Below, piece by piece: positions 27,248-38,600 of a stretch of DNA of 64,000 nt (positions within the stretch are counted from its first letter, which is position 1; every line of letters begins with the position of its first letter). The translations under genes and the position numbers were made by a program. The stretch is from an uncultured bacterium. Its GTDB lineage: Bacteria > Verrucomicrobiota > Verrucomicrobiia > Verrucomicrobiales > DEV007. Under the pieces are notes generated by a model. That model saw only the letters and a program-made list of their open reading frames with translations. It ran no database searches and was not told the origin of the DNA. The DNA is taken from NCBI GenBank assembly GCA_963977015.1, contig CAXBMO010000023.1:1-64000 (forward strand), in the 5' to 3' direction.

Positions 27248-30200
27248 ATGTTCAGCCTCTTCTTTATCGACCGCCCGCGTTTTGCCTTTGTGATCTCGAT
27301 TGTGATCACGATCGCGGGCATCATCGCGGTTCGCACCCTGCCGATTGAGCAATATCCCAGCATCTCCCCGCCGCAGGTGAGCGTCACGGCGACGTATCCC
27401 GGCGCGAGCGCGGAGGTGATCGAAAACACGGTGGCGACGATCATCGAATCGGAGGTAAACGGCGTCGAGGGGATGAGCTATATGTCCTCGACTTCGACCA
27501 ACAGTGGAAGCTACAACCTGTCGATCACTTTCGATCTGGGAACGGATCCCGACATGGCGACGGTGAATGTGCAGAACCGGGTCGCCCAAGCGACGTCCCG
27601 TCTTCCCACGGACGTGAACGACCAGGGGGTCGTCGTGGAGAAGCGGTCCTCGGACATGCTTCTGATTTACGCCGTCACCTCTGAAGGCGGCGCGGCCGAT
27701 GTGCTGGATCTTTCGAACTATATTTCAGTGAACATCGTGGATGCTCTCTCCCGCGTGCCGGGCGTGGGCGGAACGACCATCTTCAGCGAAGCCGATTACG
27801 GCATGCGGGTCTGGCTGGATCCGAACCGTCTCGCAAATCTCGAACTCACCACCAGCGACATCGCAGCGTCGATCCAATCGCAAAACATCCAGGCGGCGGC
27901 TGGAGGCATTGGCCAGGCGCCGACCTCTGACGATCAGCAACTCGCTTACACGGTTCGCGCCCAGGGGCGCTACACAACGGTGGAGGAGTTCGAGGATATC
28001 ATCGTCCGCGCCGAGCCCGACGGGAGTTTGCTTCGGCTCAAGGACGTGGCGCGGATCGAGTTGGGGGCGCAATCCTACACCGGGGTCAATACACTGAATG
28101 GCAAGGACTCCGTCGTTTTCGCCGTTTATCAGATGCCCGGTTCCAACGCGCTGGATGTGGCCGAGGGCGTGAAATCGAAGATGGTCGAGATCTTCGAGAC
28201 CGCGTCGACGGACATGGCCTACACCCTTGTGAGCGACGGCACGAAATTCATCACCGTGTCGCTGAAGGAACTCGTCATCACTCTGCTCATCGCTCTCGGA
28301 CTGGTGACACTGGTCGTGTTTGTGTTTCTCCAGGACTGGCGGGCGACCCTGGTGCCGGTGATCGCGATTCCGGTTTCATTGATCGGGACGTTCGCCGTCT
28401 TCACGCTGATCGGCTTTTCGATCAATATCATCTCGCTGTTCGGGTTGGTTCTCGCGATTGGCGTTGTGGTCGATGATGCCATCGTGGTGATTGAAAACGT
28501 GAAACGGCATCTCGCGGAAGGACTCGACCCGGTTGAGGCGACGCGAACCACGATGAAAGAGGTCTTCTCGCCGATCATCGCCACCACTCTGGTCTTGATG
28601 GCGGTGTTCGTTCCGGTGTCGTTCGCTGGTGGTGTCGAGGGGCGGCTCTACCAGCAATTCGCAATCACGATCGCGATCGCGGTGGGCATCTCTTCGCTCA
28701 ACGCCCTGACTTTGTCTCCGGCCTTGTGCGCCACTTTTCTGAAAGCGGAAGCCGCCGGCCGCAAGAAGTTCCTGCTCTTTCGCTGGTTCGACTTCGGGTT
28801 CGAGAAACTGACCAGCGCATTTGTCGGCAGCGCGGGATTTCTCGCCGCGCGGCGGGTTGTCACCGCCTTGGTGCTGGTTGTGATTTCGGCGGTGGCGGTA
28901 TTTCTTTTCAGCCGGACGCCATCGGGCTTTTTACCGAACGAAGACCAGGGCTTTCTGTTCGTCGATGTGCAGTTGCCCAATGGCGCCTCGCTGGCGCGGA
29001 CCGATGCCTTCATGACGGAAGTCGAGGCGAGGATCATGAAAATGCCCGGAGTGAAAAATGTGATCGCGATTCGGAATTTCTCCATCCTCGCCGGCACCGC
29101 AGCCAATGTCGGATTTGCCGTCGTCGAACTGGAACACTGGGACGAGCGGACTTCGCCCGCCGTGAGCTCGGATGCCATCGTGGGCCGGCTTTTCGGCGAG
29201 CTGGGCACCATGCCAGGCGCCACGGTGCTCGCTTTTAGCCCGCCGCCGATTAGCGGTTTGGGCAGCAGTTCGGGTTGGGAAGCCATCGTTCAGGATCCCG
29301 AGGGGCGGCCAGCTGGAGAGCTGGCGTCCGCGGTTGGCGGCGTCGTTTACGAGGCCAACCAGAGCCCAATATTAGACCGCGTCGCCAGCACCTGGCGCGC
29401 CGATGTGCCGCAGCTCAATCTCACCCTCGACCGCGACCGGGCTCAATTACTCGGAGTCGATCCCAGCTCGGCCTTGTCGACCCTGGGAGCCTATCTCGGC
29501 TCGCAATACGTGAACGATTTCACCCAGAACGGCCGCGTTTACCAGGTGATGATGCAGGCCGACGAGCCATTCCGCAATGATCCCGACGACATCGGCAAAC
29601 TCTACACCCGAAACAACTCCGGCGAGATGGTGCCGCTTTCCGCCCTGGTCGAGGTGTCCGACATTCTCGGTCCGGAAACCATCACCCGCTACAACCTGTT
29701 CCGCTCCGCTTCGCTGCGGGGTTCTGCCGCTTCCGGCTCGAGTTCGGGCGAGGCCATGGCCGAAGTGGAGCGGCTCATGAAAGAAACCCTGCCCGCCGGA
29801 ATGACGTTTTCCTGGACCGGCTCGTCCCTGCTGGAGCTGCAATCCGGCGGCATCGCCCCACTATTGCTGCTTTGTCTGCTCGCCACCTATCTCTTTCTCG
29901 TGGCCCAGTATGAAAGCTGGTCCATTCCGCTTTCGGTGCTCTACATCACGCCGGTCGCCGTGCTCGGGGCGCTGCTCGCGATTCTGCTGAGGAACCTGAG
30001 CCTCGATCTCTACGCCCAAGTGGGGCTCATCCTACTCGTCGGCCTCACCACGAAGCAAGCCATCCTCATGGTCGAGTTCGCCAAGGAAGCCCATGAAAAG
30101 GAAGGACTCACCGTTCTCGAGGCCGCCAGCAAAGCCGCCCAGCTCCGCTTTCGCTCCGTGATGATGACCGCCCTTTCCTTCATCCTCGGCGTCGTTCCGC

Positions 30201-30358
30201 TGGTGATCGCTTCCGGCGCCGGTGCCAATGCCCGCCAATCGCTCGGTACCGTCGTCTTCGGCGGGATGATCCTCGCTTCCGTGCTGGGGACCCTGCTGAT
30301 CCCGGGCTTTTTCACCCTGATGCGGCGGGAGAGGCGGGCCGTAAATCCGGCGAAATAG
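27248..30358 (+). CDS. RND efflux permease (HAE1, AcrB-like)
   Basis: [17 protein letters not shown] proton-relay Asp pair, [18 protein letters not shown]; start set at ATG 27248. Confidence 0.96.
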   Translation: MFSLFFIDRPRFAFVISIVITIAGIIAVRTLPIEQYPSISPPQVSVTATYPGASAEVIENTVATIIESEVNGVEGMSYMSSTSTNSGSYNLSITFDLGTDPDMATVNVQNRVAQATSRLPTDVNDQGVVVEKRSSDMLLIYAVTSEGGAADVLDLSNYISVNIVDALSRVPGVGGTTIFSEADYGMRVWLDPNRLANLELTTSDIAASIQSQNIQAAAGGIGQAPTSDDQQLAYTVRAQGRYTTVEEFEDIIVRAEPDGSLLRLKDVARIELGAQSYTGVNTLNGKDSVVFAVYQMPGSNALDVAEGVKSKMVEIFETASTDMAYTLVSDGTKFITVSLKELVITLLIALGLVTLVVFVFLQDWRATLVPVIAIPVSLIGTFAVFTLIGFSINIISLFGLVLAIGVVVDDAIVVIENVKRHLAEGLDPVEATRTTMKEVFSPIIATTLVLMAVFVPVSFAGGVEGRLYQQFAITIAIAVGISSLNALTLSPALCATFLKAEAAGRKKFLLFRWFDFGFEKLTSAFVGSAGFLAARRVVTALVLVVISAVAVFLFSRTPSGFLPNEDQGFLFVDVQLPNGASLARTDAFMTEVEARIMKMPGVKNVIAIRNFSILAGTAANVGFAVVELEHWDERTSPAVSSDAIVGRLFGELGTMPGATVLAFSPPPISGLGSSSGWEAIVQDPEGRPAGELASAVGGVVYEANQSPILDRVASTWRADVPQLNLTLDRDRAQLLGVDPSSALSTLGAYLGSQYVNDFTQNGRVYQVMMQADEPFRNDPDDIGKLYTRNNSGEMVPLSALVEVSDILGPETITRYNLFRSASLRGSAASGSSSGEAMAEVERLMKETLPAGMTFSWTGSSLLELQSGGIAPLLLLCLLATYLFLVAQYESWSIPLSVLYITPVAVLGALLAILLRNLSLDLYAQVGLILLVGLTTKQAILMVEFAKEAHEKEGLTVLEAASKAAQLRFRSVMMTALSFILGVVPLVIASGAGANARQSLGTVVFGGMILASVLGTLLIPGFFTLMRRERRAVNPAK

Positions 30359-30411
30359 GGGTTGGCCAAGCTGCCCTTTCGAGTGTTAAATAGCGCCCTA
30401 ACATACCTACC

Positions 30412-31851
30412 ATGCGCGTTCTCCATTTCCTCCGATTTCCTGCGACTTGCGGCGCAATCGGCGTTCTCCTCGCGGGCTGTACCGTCGGTCCCGACTTCGA
30501 AAGTCCTGCCGTCTCCGGCATGACCCCAGCCTCGTGGCGGGCCGGAACGGGCATCACTTCGGAGTCGCCGTCTCAACTTGGCCAATGGTGGAAGCGTTTG
30601 GATGACTCCACCTTGAACCGGCTCGTCAGCCAGGCCATCGAACGCAATCACGACGTGCGTTTCGCGGAAAGCCGGGTCCGGCAGGCCATCGCCGCACGGC
30701 GCGCCACCGCGGGGCAATTATATCCATCGCTCGGCACGGCGCACTCCGCGACGCGCCTCCAAAGCTCCAGCGCCACGACCACCAGCACGCTCCAGCCTCG
30801 CGTGGTCGAAAGTCACGCCCACGGTTTCGAATCTTCCTGGGAACTGGATCTCTTCGGTGGAATCCGGCGCTCGGTCGAGGCGGCCGACGCCGATATCGAA
30901 ACGAGTGAGGAAGATCTGCGCAACGTCCTCGTTTCCGTGATCTCCGAAGTCGCACTCAACTATGTCGACTATCGCAGTTTTCAGGAACGGCTCGGCATCG
31001 CGCGCTCCAATCTGAAGAGCCAGCTTGAGACGCTCGAATTCGTCCGCAGCCGGCAGCAGGCGGGACTGGCGGAAAACCTCGAAGTGTCCCAAGCGGTCAG
31101 CAACGCGGAGAACACCCGCGCCCAGATTCCGAGTTTGCAGACCTCCGCCACCGCCGCGAAAAACCGCCTCGCCACCTTGCTGGGATCCGCTCCCGGCGAA
31201 GTCGATTCGCTCCTCGGGACTTCCCCGGCCTTGCCGGACGTTCCCACCCGGATTGGCGTCGGAATTCCGGCGGAAACGATTCGCCGTCGCCCGGATGTTC
31301 AAGCGGCAGAGCGGGCCCTCGCCGCCGAGACTGCGCGAACCGGCGTCGCGATCGCCGAATTGTATCCGAAATTCGCCCTCAACGGCAGCATCGGCGTAGA
31401 AGCGCTCAAATTTTCCGATCTCTTTTCCGGCGGGGCCGACGTCTTTAACATCGGGCCGAGCGCGAGTTGGAACCTCTTTCGAGCCGGTGCCGTCAAGGCC
31501 AATATTGAGGTGCAGGACGCGGTGCAGAGGCAGGCGCTGATCAGCTACGAACAATCGATTCTGGTCGCGCTCGAAGAAGTCGAGAATGCGCTCACCGCTC
31601 TGGCCAACCAGCAGATTCGCGAGCGCGCCCTAGCCAAATCCGCCGAAGCCTCCGCCACCGCTGCTGAACTGGCGCGGTCACAATTCGAGGACGGCGGCCT
31701 TACCAGCTTTCTCGACGTCCTCGACGCCGAGCGAACCCGCCTTTCCGCGGAAGACTCCCTCGCGACCAGCCAGGCCCAGATCGTCTCGAACTTGATTCAG
31801 CTCTACCGGACGCTTGGCGGAGGATGGGAGACAGTTCGTCCGAGAGGGTGA
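30412..31851 (+). CDS. RND outer-membrane factor lipoprotein (NodT/OprM family)
   Basis: LAGCTVGPDF lipobox; SWELDLFG, RRRPDV and LYRTLGGGW motifs. Confidence 0.95.
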   Translation: MRVLHFLRFPATCGAIGVLLAGCTVGPDFESPAVSGMTPASWRAGTGITSESPSQLGQWWKRLDDSTLNRLVSQAIERNHDVRFAESRVRQAIAARRATAGQLYPSLGTAHSATRLQSSSATTTSTLQPRVVESHAHGFESSWELDLFGGIRRSVEAADADIETSEEDLRNVLVSVISEVALNYVDYRSFQERLGIARSNLKSQLETLEFVRSRQQAGLAENLEVSQAVSNAENTRAQIPSLQTSATAAKNRLATLLGSAPGEVDSLLGTSPALPDVPTRIGVGIPAETIRRRPDVQAAERALAAETARTGVAIAELYPKFALNGSIGVEALKFSDLFSGGADVFNIGPSASWNLFRAGAVKANIEVQDAVQRQALISYEQSILVALEEVENALTALANQQIRERALAKSAEASATAAELARSQFEDGGLTSFLDVLDAERTRLSAEDSLATSQAQIVSNLIQLYRTLGGGWETVRPRG

Positions 31852-31924
31852 GCAAGTTTCGTTGCCTGGGAGGGGCTTCTGCCGCTCGAATGACTACGTG
31901 CAGTCGGGAATCGGTGGTGGTACG

Positions 31925-32857
31925 CTATTTCGTGGTCTCGGTTGGGTTGACCGTGTAAGAGCCTGCCGTGCGGAGGTAGAGGACAGTGGCTTCGTCGCCT
32001 TCATTGGTTAGGTGAAAGCTTGAAGGTCCTTTTGAACGGAAGTAGCTGCCGGGTTCCAAAGTTTTTGCCTCCGTTTCGTTCGTCCCCCGAAGGCTTGGCT
32101 GTCCCTCGATCACAACCGAACGGAAGAATGAACTGCCACTGCGAATTTCACCACGAAAACCTGCCGGCAACTTGAGCAGGGTGCCGGTGGCCTCGTCTTC
32201 TTCCGGCTTTCCCCAGAGAAATGCAATTTCAGGACCTTCGGCACCGGGATGGGTCCGTTCAATCCAGGTGATATGGGTCGCATCCAGCCAAACGATATTG
32301 GATTGATGAACGTTGATAGGCCTCTCACCATTGTCGGTGGCTTCTTCGGTCGGCAGAACAAGATAGGGCCCGCGCTCGATTTCGATGTAGGCCATGTTAT
32401 CGGTGCCACTTGCTGCCGTGATGTGCACTTCACCAGCTGGCTGCGTCCAGAAGGAGCCTTGCGGCATCCACATTTCCGCCGCCTCGGGATCGTCGTTGTG
32501 GATCTGGCCGCTGATGACAACGCCTCGATAGGTAACGTTGTGCGTGTGGGGCGGCGACGAAAAGCCGTCGGCGAATTTGACGAGAAAACCAGTTTCGCCC
32601 AACCCGGCTCGGTCGCCCCAGAGGGTGCCGGCCTTCGGCCCTTTGTCGCCGCGCGCGGGATTCAGTGGTGTCCACTCCACATCGGAAGCCAGGACAATGG
32701 TGATGTTGGTATCATTTTCAGAATCGGGTTTGTGCGCGTCGGCCGCGTCTAGAGATAGGTTGCGGCCGACAAAGAGGATTGCGACCGCGAGCAAAGGCGC
32801 GCCGGCGGTTGTGATTCTCCGGGCCATCCCATTTTGAAATAGATCATTCACATTCAT
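31925..32857 (-). CDS. DUF4437 family bicupin protein
   Basis: [38 protein letters not shown] and [14 protein letters not shown] motifs. Confidence 0.85.
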   Translation of the reverse strand: MNVNDLFQNGMARRITTAGAPLLAVAILFVGRNLSLDAADAHKPDSENDTNITIVLASDVEWTPLNPARGDKGPKAGTLWGDRAGLGETGFLVKFADGFSSPPHTHNVTYRGVVISGQIHNDDPEAAEMWMPQGSFWTQPAGEVHITAASGTDNMAYIEIERGPYLVLPTEEATDNGERPINVHQSNIVWLDATHITWIERTHPGAEGPEIAFLWGKPEEDEATGTLLKLPAGFRGEIRSGSSFFRSVVIEGQPSLRGTNETEAKTLEPGSYFRSKGPSSFHLTNEGDEATVLYLRTAGSYTVNPTETTK

Positions 32858-33088
32858 GATTCAAATTCGCGGCGATCAGCAATCAGGAAAATTGAATGTT
32901 TGAATATGTACGATGAGCGAAACGAATAGATTCCAATTCCAGCTCGAATTGGATCTCTTCAGCCTTCGCTCCCTTACCCGTTCGGATCTGAATTGGAATC
33001 CAAGGGGTTACGGTCGCCTATCGTGGAATGGTGCCGGATTTCTGCAAAAATCTCGCCAGGTGACGAGGTTCTGCTATGGTGATTTCTT

Positions 33089-33964
33089 GTGAAAGAAGCC
33101 CTCGAAATCCACGATGTTGAAACATTTGGTTTAGCTACGCGATATGAGGTCGTGAGGGCACATGCAGATGATGACCGTGGTTGGATTTCCGGTGCACCGA
33201 TCTGCGAACTCTTGAGGATTCATCACATTGCCCACGTTGGACTCATGTGGGCGAAACCGCCGTTTACCGTCATACGCGCGGAGGCCTCCGGAACGTTTGG
33301 ACTGGTGGGGCTGGAAGGTCGGGGCGAGACGTTGATCGACGGCGAATGGCGTGAGGTGAAAGCGGGGGAGATCTGTTTGCTGCCTGCGTTTGCGCCCACC
33401 GGGATTCGCGCAGCCAACAAGAAGGTGTGGAGTTTTGCCTGGGTGCGTTACGAGGAGTCGCGGGAAACCTCTCCGATTTTGTCGTCGAGCAGTCCGGTGA
33501 TCCATGCCGGGAGTGTTCACGCGTTGAATCACGCGATCGCCGGCTTACACGTGGAGGCAACCCGGGAGCCGCCAGAGCCGGCGATGCTGCATCATTGGGT
33601 CGAGTTGATTCACGGGTTCGTGAGGCGTGCGGCTCGGCCCTACCAGGGAGACGACCGTCTGTGGCGGGTGTGGGAGGCTGTCGAAAAGGATCTGGTGCGG
33701 AGTTGGAAGCTGAAGGACTTGGCGGAAATTGGTTGTTTGAGTCCGGAGCATTTGAGGCGCCTCTGCCAGCAGCAGTTGGGAAGGAGCCCCATTCAGCAAG
33801 TGACTTACCTGCGGATGCGCCGAGCCGTGCAGTACCTCACCACGACGCATGAAAAGGTCGAGACGGTTGCACAGGCCGTCGGTTATGAGAATCCCTTTGC
33901 GTTTTCGAACGCGTTCAAACGTTGGACGGGGAGAAGGCCGAGTGATTATCGCGACGAGGCGTGA
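33089..33964 (+). CDS. AraC family transcriptional regulator
   Basis: C-terminal double HTH (LSPEHLRRLCQQQLGRSP...VGYENPFAFSNAFKRWTGRRPSDYR). Confidence 0.93.
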   Translation: MKEALEIHDVETFGLATRYEVVRAHADDDRGWISGAPICELLRIHHIAHVGLMWAKPPFTVIRAEASGTFGLVGLEGRGETLIDGEWREVKAGEICLLPAFAPTGIRAANKKVWSFAWVRYEESRETSPILSSSSPVIHAGSVHALNHAIAGLHVEATREPPEPAMLHHWVELIHGFVRRAARPYQGDDRLWRVWEAVEKDLVRSWKLKDLAEIGCLSPEHLRRLCQQQLGRSPIQQVTYLRMRRAVQYLTTTHEKVETVAQAVGYENPFAFSNAFKRWTGRRPSDYRDEA

Positions 33965-34141
33965 GAAGATGGGCTCGCCGTCCGGTTGTTCGCTGGACGA
34001 GGTCGCTTTCGCAAGATGATCAGTTTTCATCAACGGGGTATCGACCAGCGTCGGGCTGAGTGGATCCCGGTCTAACTTCACCTTCGCAAGTTGCCAGGAT
34101 TGGTGGCAACGGGCAGCTCAGGCTGGTCGAGATAGTTCATG

Positions 34142-34174
34142 AAATCCACATGTGGATTTGAGCCATGGGCTTTC
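34142..34174 (+). promoter_or_regulatory. Shared operator module with a perfect 18-bp palindrome (before PAS-AraC)
   Basis: AAATCCACATGTGGATTT (34142-34159) followed by GAGCCATGGGCTTTC; keeps the CATGTGGAT-N7-ATGG spacing. Confidence 0.75.
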
Positions 34175-34212
34175 TCGCTGGGATCGGCAAGATGGTGCAA
34201 ACTTGAACTATC

Positions 34213-35040
34213 TTGAGTTCCTGGAAGAAACAGAACGAGCCTGATTCGGGCGGTCTTGAAGGTGAAGAGCATCTCGCTCTTCAGTCAGCGTTTTTTGCAT
34301 CAATGAAAGAACCCCAGGCCATTCGACGATTGTTCGAATACCTCCCTGGTGTTTGTTTCTTTGTCAAAGATCGCGAGAGCCGGTTGATCGCCGGGAACCA
34401 ATTGCTGCTGGACCGGTTGGGGTTGAAGTCGGAAGCCGAACTCATCGGCACCTGTGATGCTGATCACTTTCCACCGGAAGTTTGCGCGGCTATCGTGAAC
34501 GACGACCAACAGGTCTTCCAATCCGGACAACCAATTGTTGGCCGCGTAGAGTTGGGATACAACGCACGGCGGATTCTGGATTGGTACACAACGACCAAGT
34601 TACCCATCCTTGGTCAGGACGACGAAGTGATTGGGCTATGTGGCTTTACCCGGCTTTATGAGAAGGCCAGCCTTCCCGGCCCGGCTTCAGGCTACGCTGG
34701 TCTGGAAGAATCCGTTGACTTGATTCGGCGAAACCCGAACCGGCGGGTCAATTCCGAAGAAATGGCCAAAGCGGCGGGAATATCCGTCAGTCAACTGAGG
34801 CGCAGATTCCGGCAGACTTTTGGAATGACGCCGCGGGAGTTTGAGCAAGTCTCGCGCATCCAAGGCGCGAGTCAGGCCTTGATTGAGAGCGATTCGACGA
34901 TTGCGGAGATCGCGGTCGACTTCGGGTTCTACGATCAGAGTGCCTTCTCCGTACAATTTCGCAAGCACACTGGCTATACCCCTGGAGAATACCGGCAGTT
35001 ACGCACTCAAACGCACAACGCCATACTCCAAAACCACTAA
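34213..35040 (+). CDS. AraC family regulator with N-terminal PAS_4-like domain
   Basis: FFVKDRESR...DDQQVFQSGQP...WYTTTKLP PAS segment; GFYDQSAFSVQFRKHTGYTPGEYR HTH. Start is uncertain (TTG 34213 or a later ATG). Confidence 0.9.
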   Translation: MSSWKKQNEPDSGGLEGEEHLALQSAFFASMKEPQAIRRLFEYLPGVCFFVKDRESRLIAGNQLLLDRLGLKSEAELIGTCDADHFPPEVCAAIVNDDQQVFQSGQPIVGRVELGYNARRILDWYTTTKLPILGQDDEVIGLCGFTRLYEKASLPGPASGYAGLEESVDLIRRNPNRRVNSEEMAKAAGISVSQLRRRFRQTFGMTPREFEQVSRIQGASQALIESDSTIAEIAVDFGFYDQSAFSVQFRKHTGYTPGEYRQLRTQTHNAILQNH

Positions 35041-35691
35041 GCTCAGCCAGAGTGGTCGATTTTTAATAAACTTTGTTCGTACGCTCCAAGATTCCCGCTC
35101 CGGAACGTGGTGCAGTAGGAAAGATATTGGGAACCCTCACCCATTTTCTGAACGTGGATTTTAAACCCCTCATCATGATTTCTGAAGCTCCGGAGCCAGT
35201 GCGAATTTTCGCGGAGGCACCCGAGAAGGGCTTGGTGATGGCCACGGAGGCTCCTGAGGGGGCTTACAATTCAACGGTAGACCAAATTTTCAAGGTTGCC
35301 ATTCCTTCGCGGGAATTGGTAGCGCACCCAGCCGGAGTTAAGGGGTTTTCTTCGCGCTGGGTGTTATTTTCCTGGTTGGTTGACGGGAAGCGGTTGGCAG
35401 GTAAGCCAAGCCGCTCCTCCCTCAAACAAGAGGCACGGCAAACCCCGGAACGGTCATTGGAACCCGGCTTCCTCGCCGCCGTTTGCCAGCAACTCAGTTA
35501 CGTGAATCTCTTTGGCGATCGTTCCCCCAGCCATGGCTGTTTCGAGTCCGACTCTTCTCTTTTCCTGGCACTCCCAAACCGGACGAACCGCGAACTTTGG
35601 AGCTGTATAGCAGCCGACCGAGTCGCGGCCTTTTTATGCCCGGTTTTCCCCATTCACTCATTTTAAGAATCCTTCCCACCCCAGACTGACG

Positions 35692-38600
35692 ATGACGAAC
35701 CAACCCGAATCCCCCAAGAAGAAACGTAGTCTTTTGACGCGTCTTTTTGGTCAGAACGAGATTGATGCAGCTTCCGGCAACGGCAAACGCAAGTTGATGT
35801 TCGAGACGCTGGAGGCACGTGTTTTGTATTCCGCTGCACCAGTGGACGGAGGCGTTGAAGCCGAAGCGCCGGAATCCTCTCCCGCAGCTGAGGCGGAACA
35901 CGTTGCCACGGTAACCCCGACGGACCCAAATGCCGAGACGCAGCAATCTGCGGAGGGGACGTTGACACCGGAACCGGTGCGTGACGAAGAAGGTGTTGAT
36001 CAGGTCTTCGCATCGCCGGACGAGATCCCCACGGATTCCTCTGCCGAGGTGGCCGATGCTCCGGCGGACGATTCCGTGCTGACCTCGGAGGACTTGAGCC
36101 CGCTGATTGAGGAGGCCATCGCGCGTTGGACCGAAACCGGGTTGACCGAGGAGCAGGCAGCCGCGCTGTTGAACGTGACCTACGAAGTCGTGGACTTGGA
36201 AAGCAATGCCCTTGGCGTCACCGACGGCTTCGTGATCCGGATTGACGACGATGCGGCGGGAAGCGGGTGGTTCCTCGATGAAACACCGACCTTGGATGAG
36301 GAGTTTCAGTTCGTCTCGGGCACGGAAACGCAGATGGTCGCGGAAATGGATTCGCTGGCGGAAGACCGGTTCGATTTGCTCACGGTGTTGATGCACGAAC
36401 AGGGGCACATTCTGGGCCTGGCCGATGCAACGTCCGATCAGTTCGCCAATTTGATGTCGGGCATTCTTGAAGCTGGGGAACGTCTCACGCCGGCGGAAGC
36501 TCAGGCCGAAGGCGCCACGGCCGGCAGTTTGGAAGGCGAGCGCTTTGCCTTAACCACTTCCACCATCTCAGGTGGCACGCTTTCCATCGTCGGTGATGGG
36601 GCGGACGATGCAGTGATCCTTCAGCTCAACGGGGCAAACTACGAAATCAGCACGGATGGAGGAGCGAATTTTACGACCGTGACGAGCGATGGCAGTCCTG
36701 TGGCGAATATCTCGATCGACTTGGGTGGCGGCAACGATAGCGTCATCATCGATAGCGACATCGATGTGACGGGAACGGTCACGATCACCTCCACGTTGAT
36801 CACCCTCAATGGTGAGGTCGCCTCCGATGGGGATCAGGACTACAGCGGTCGGGTTAGGCTGGGGGCCAATGGAAGTATCGACGCGGGCGGCACGCTCACG
36901 ACATCATCAACTCCTTCCCGTGTTTTGGTCGGTTATGACTTCGATAATGGAGGTTCTACCCTTGATGAGCAACGGGCGGCAACAGTCACCGACGCAAACG
37001 TTTCAGCAAGTTTGTTTGATACGGGTGCAGGACTAATTACCCGTGTCGATTCATCCGCAAACAGTGCTTCAGGAGCCAATGATGCGGAGGGCTTTGCGTT
37101 CGGCACCGCCAATGATTTTTCCTTCGGTGGTGCTCAGAGCAACTTTGGTTTCGCGGACCAAGGCAATGGAGATAACTTGGATAGTGGTACCAGGAATGCG
37201 GTGGCGCAAGATGACTACATGACCTTTAGTGTCACTCCTGCGCCCGGCAATCAGATGAACCTGACAAGCTTCTCCTTCCTGACGCGTGTCAATACCACTG
37301 GCAATTCGGCGGAGAGATGGGCGCTCTTTGCGTCAACGGATGGATTTGCAACCGCTCCTGCCACCGGGAATGCCATCGCCATCGGACAAACGACCACCGT
37401 GACTACCTTTGTTTCGAACGTGGTGGATTTGAGCGCTGCTGAATTTCAAGGGATTACCTCGGAGATTGAATTTCGTCTCTACATCTATGGGGGAAATAAT
37501 AGCAGTAGTTCCGCAACGCAGTTTGATAAGGTAATCCTCAACGGGAATACCAGCTCCTTGAACAACGCCCCAGTCGCCACCAACGACACCGCAACGGTTA
37601 CTGAGGCTGGTGGCTACCAAAACAACATCGCCGGGAGCGATGCGTCGGGCAATGTCATCACGGATGCGACCGCTGACAGCGATGCGGATGCTGGCGATAC
37701 GCTTTCCATCACGGAGATCGATAGTAACCCGGTAGCAGCGAACACCACCAGCGTCGATGGAACCCTGGTAGCCGGAACTTATGGCAGCCTGCGAATTGGC
37801 GCGGATGGATCGTGGACCTATACCGTCGATCAATCGGATGCCGATACCGAGGCGCTGGCGACGGGCGATTCTCCGACCGAAGTTTTCACCTATACCCTCA
37901 GCGACGGAACCGACACGGCAACGGCAACCTTGACCGTAACCGTGAATGGTGCTGATGACGCCGTGAGCGGGATTCTCTACGTCGATGGCAGTTGGAGTGG
38001 ATTGAACGCGGGTGACCGGATTGAGGATGCCGATGCGGGAACGACCGGGGACCAGTTGGCGTTTTTCAATGGCAATGCCTTCGCCACAATTGGAGACGCG
38101 ATCGCAAATGCGGGGACCGGAGACACTATTGTGGTAAACGCTGGAACCTACGATGAGACGGTGGTTCTGAATGATGGCAAAACCCTCGAAATCACCGGCC
38201 CGAATGTGGATCAGGCGGTCACGGTTACCGAGTTGTCCAGCGACGTCGGAACCACGATCACGATCGAAGGCGGGTCCACGTTGACCTTTGCCAATACCAC
38301 AGAGCAAACGATTGCTGGAACCGTCGAAGGCTCCGGAAGTTTGGTGGCGAGCAATACCGCCAACCTCTTCTTGAGTGGCGCAAATACTTACGCTGGTGGA
38401 ACGACGCTGACGGACGGTTCCCAGTTAACGGCCTCCAACACGAGCGCACTTGGCTCAGGAACCGCCACCTTAACCGGCACTGGTGTCTCGCTGATTTTTG
38501 GCGTGGACGGTACGTTCGCCAATGCGATTGAAACCCTTGACAACGGCGATGACAAATCCATCACCGCAGCTTCTGGAACGAACGTGGTATTGACGGGTGA

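Noticed and set aside
26052-31851. RND operon as exporter of the giant protein
   Set aside because: It is an AcrB-type small-molecule pump with proton-relay residues, not an ABC/HlyD type I secretion system.
35430-35490. Possible c-di-GMP-I riboswitch (GGCAAACC) before the adhesin
   Set aside because: It lacks the canonical P2 stem with GAAA loop and the following CGCAAAGC/P3 elements; kept only as a generic structured-leader candidate.
35073-35666. 197-aa ORF in the adhesin leader
   Set aside because: TTG start in an AT-rich promoter-like stretch and no recognisable family features; cannot be supported.
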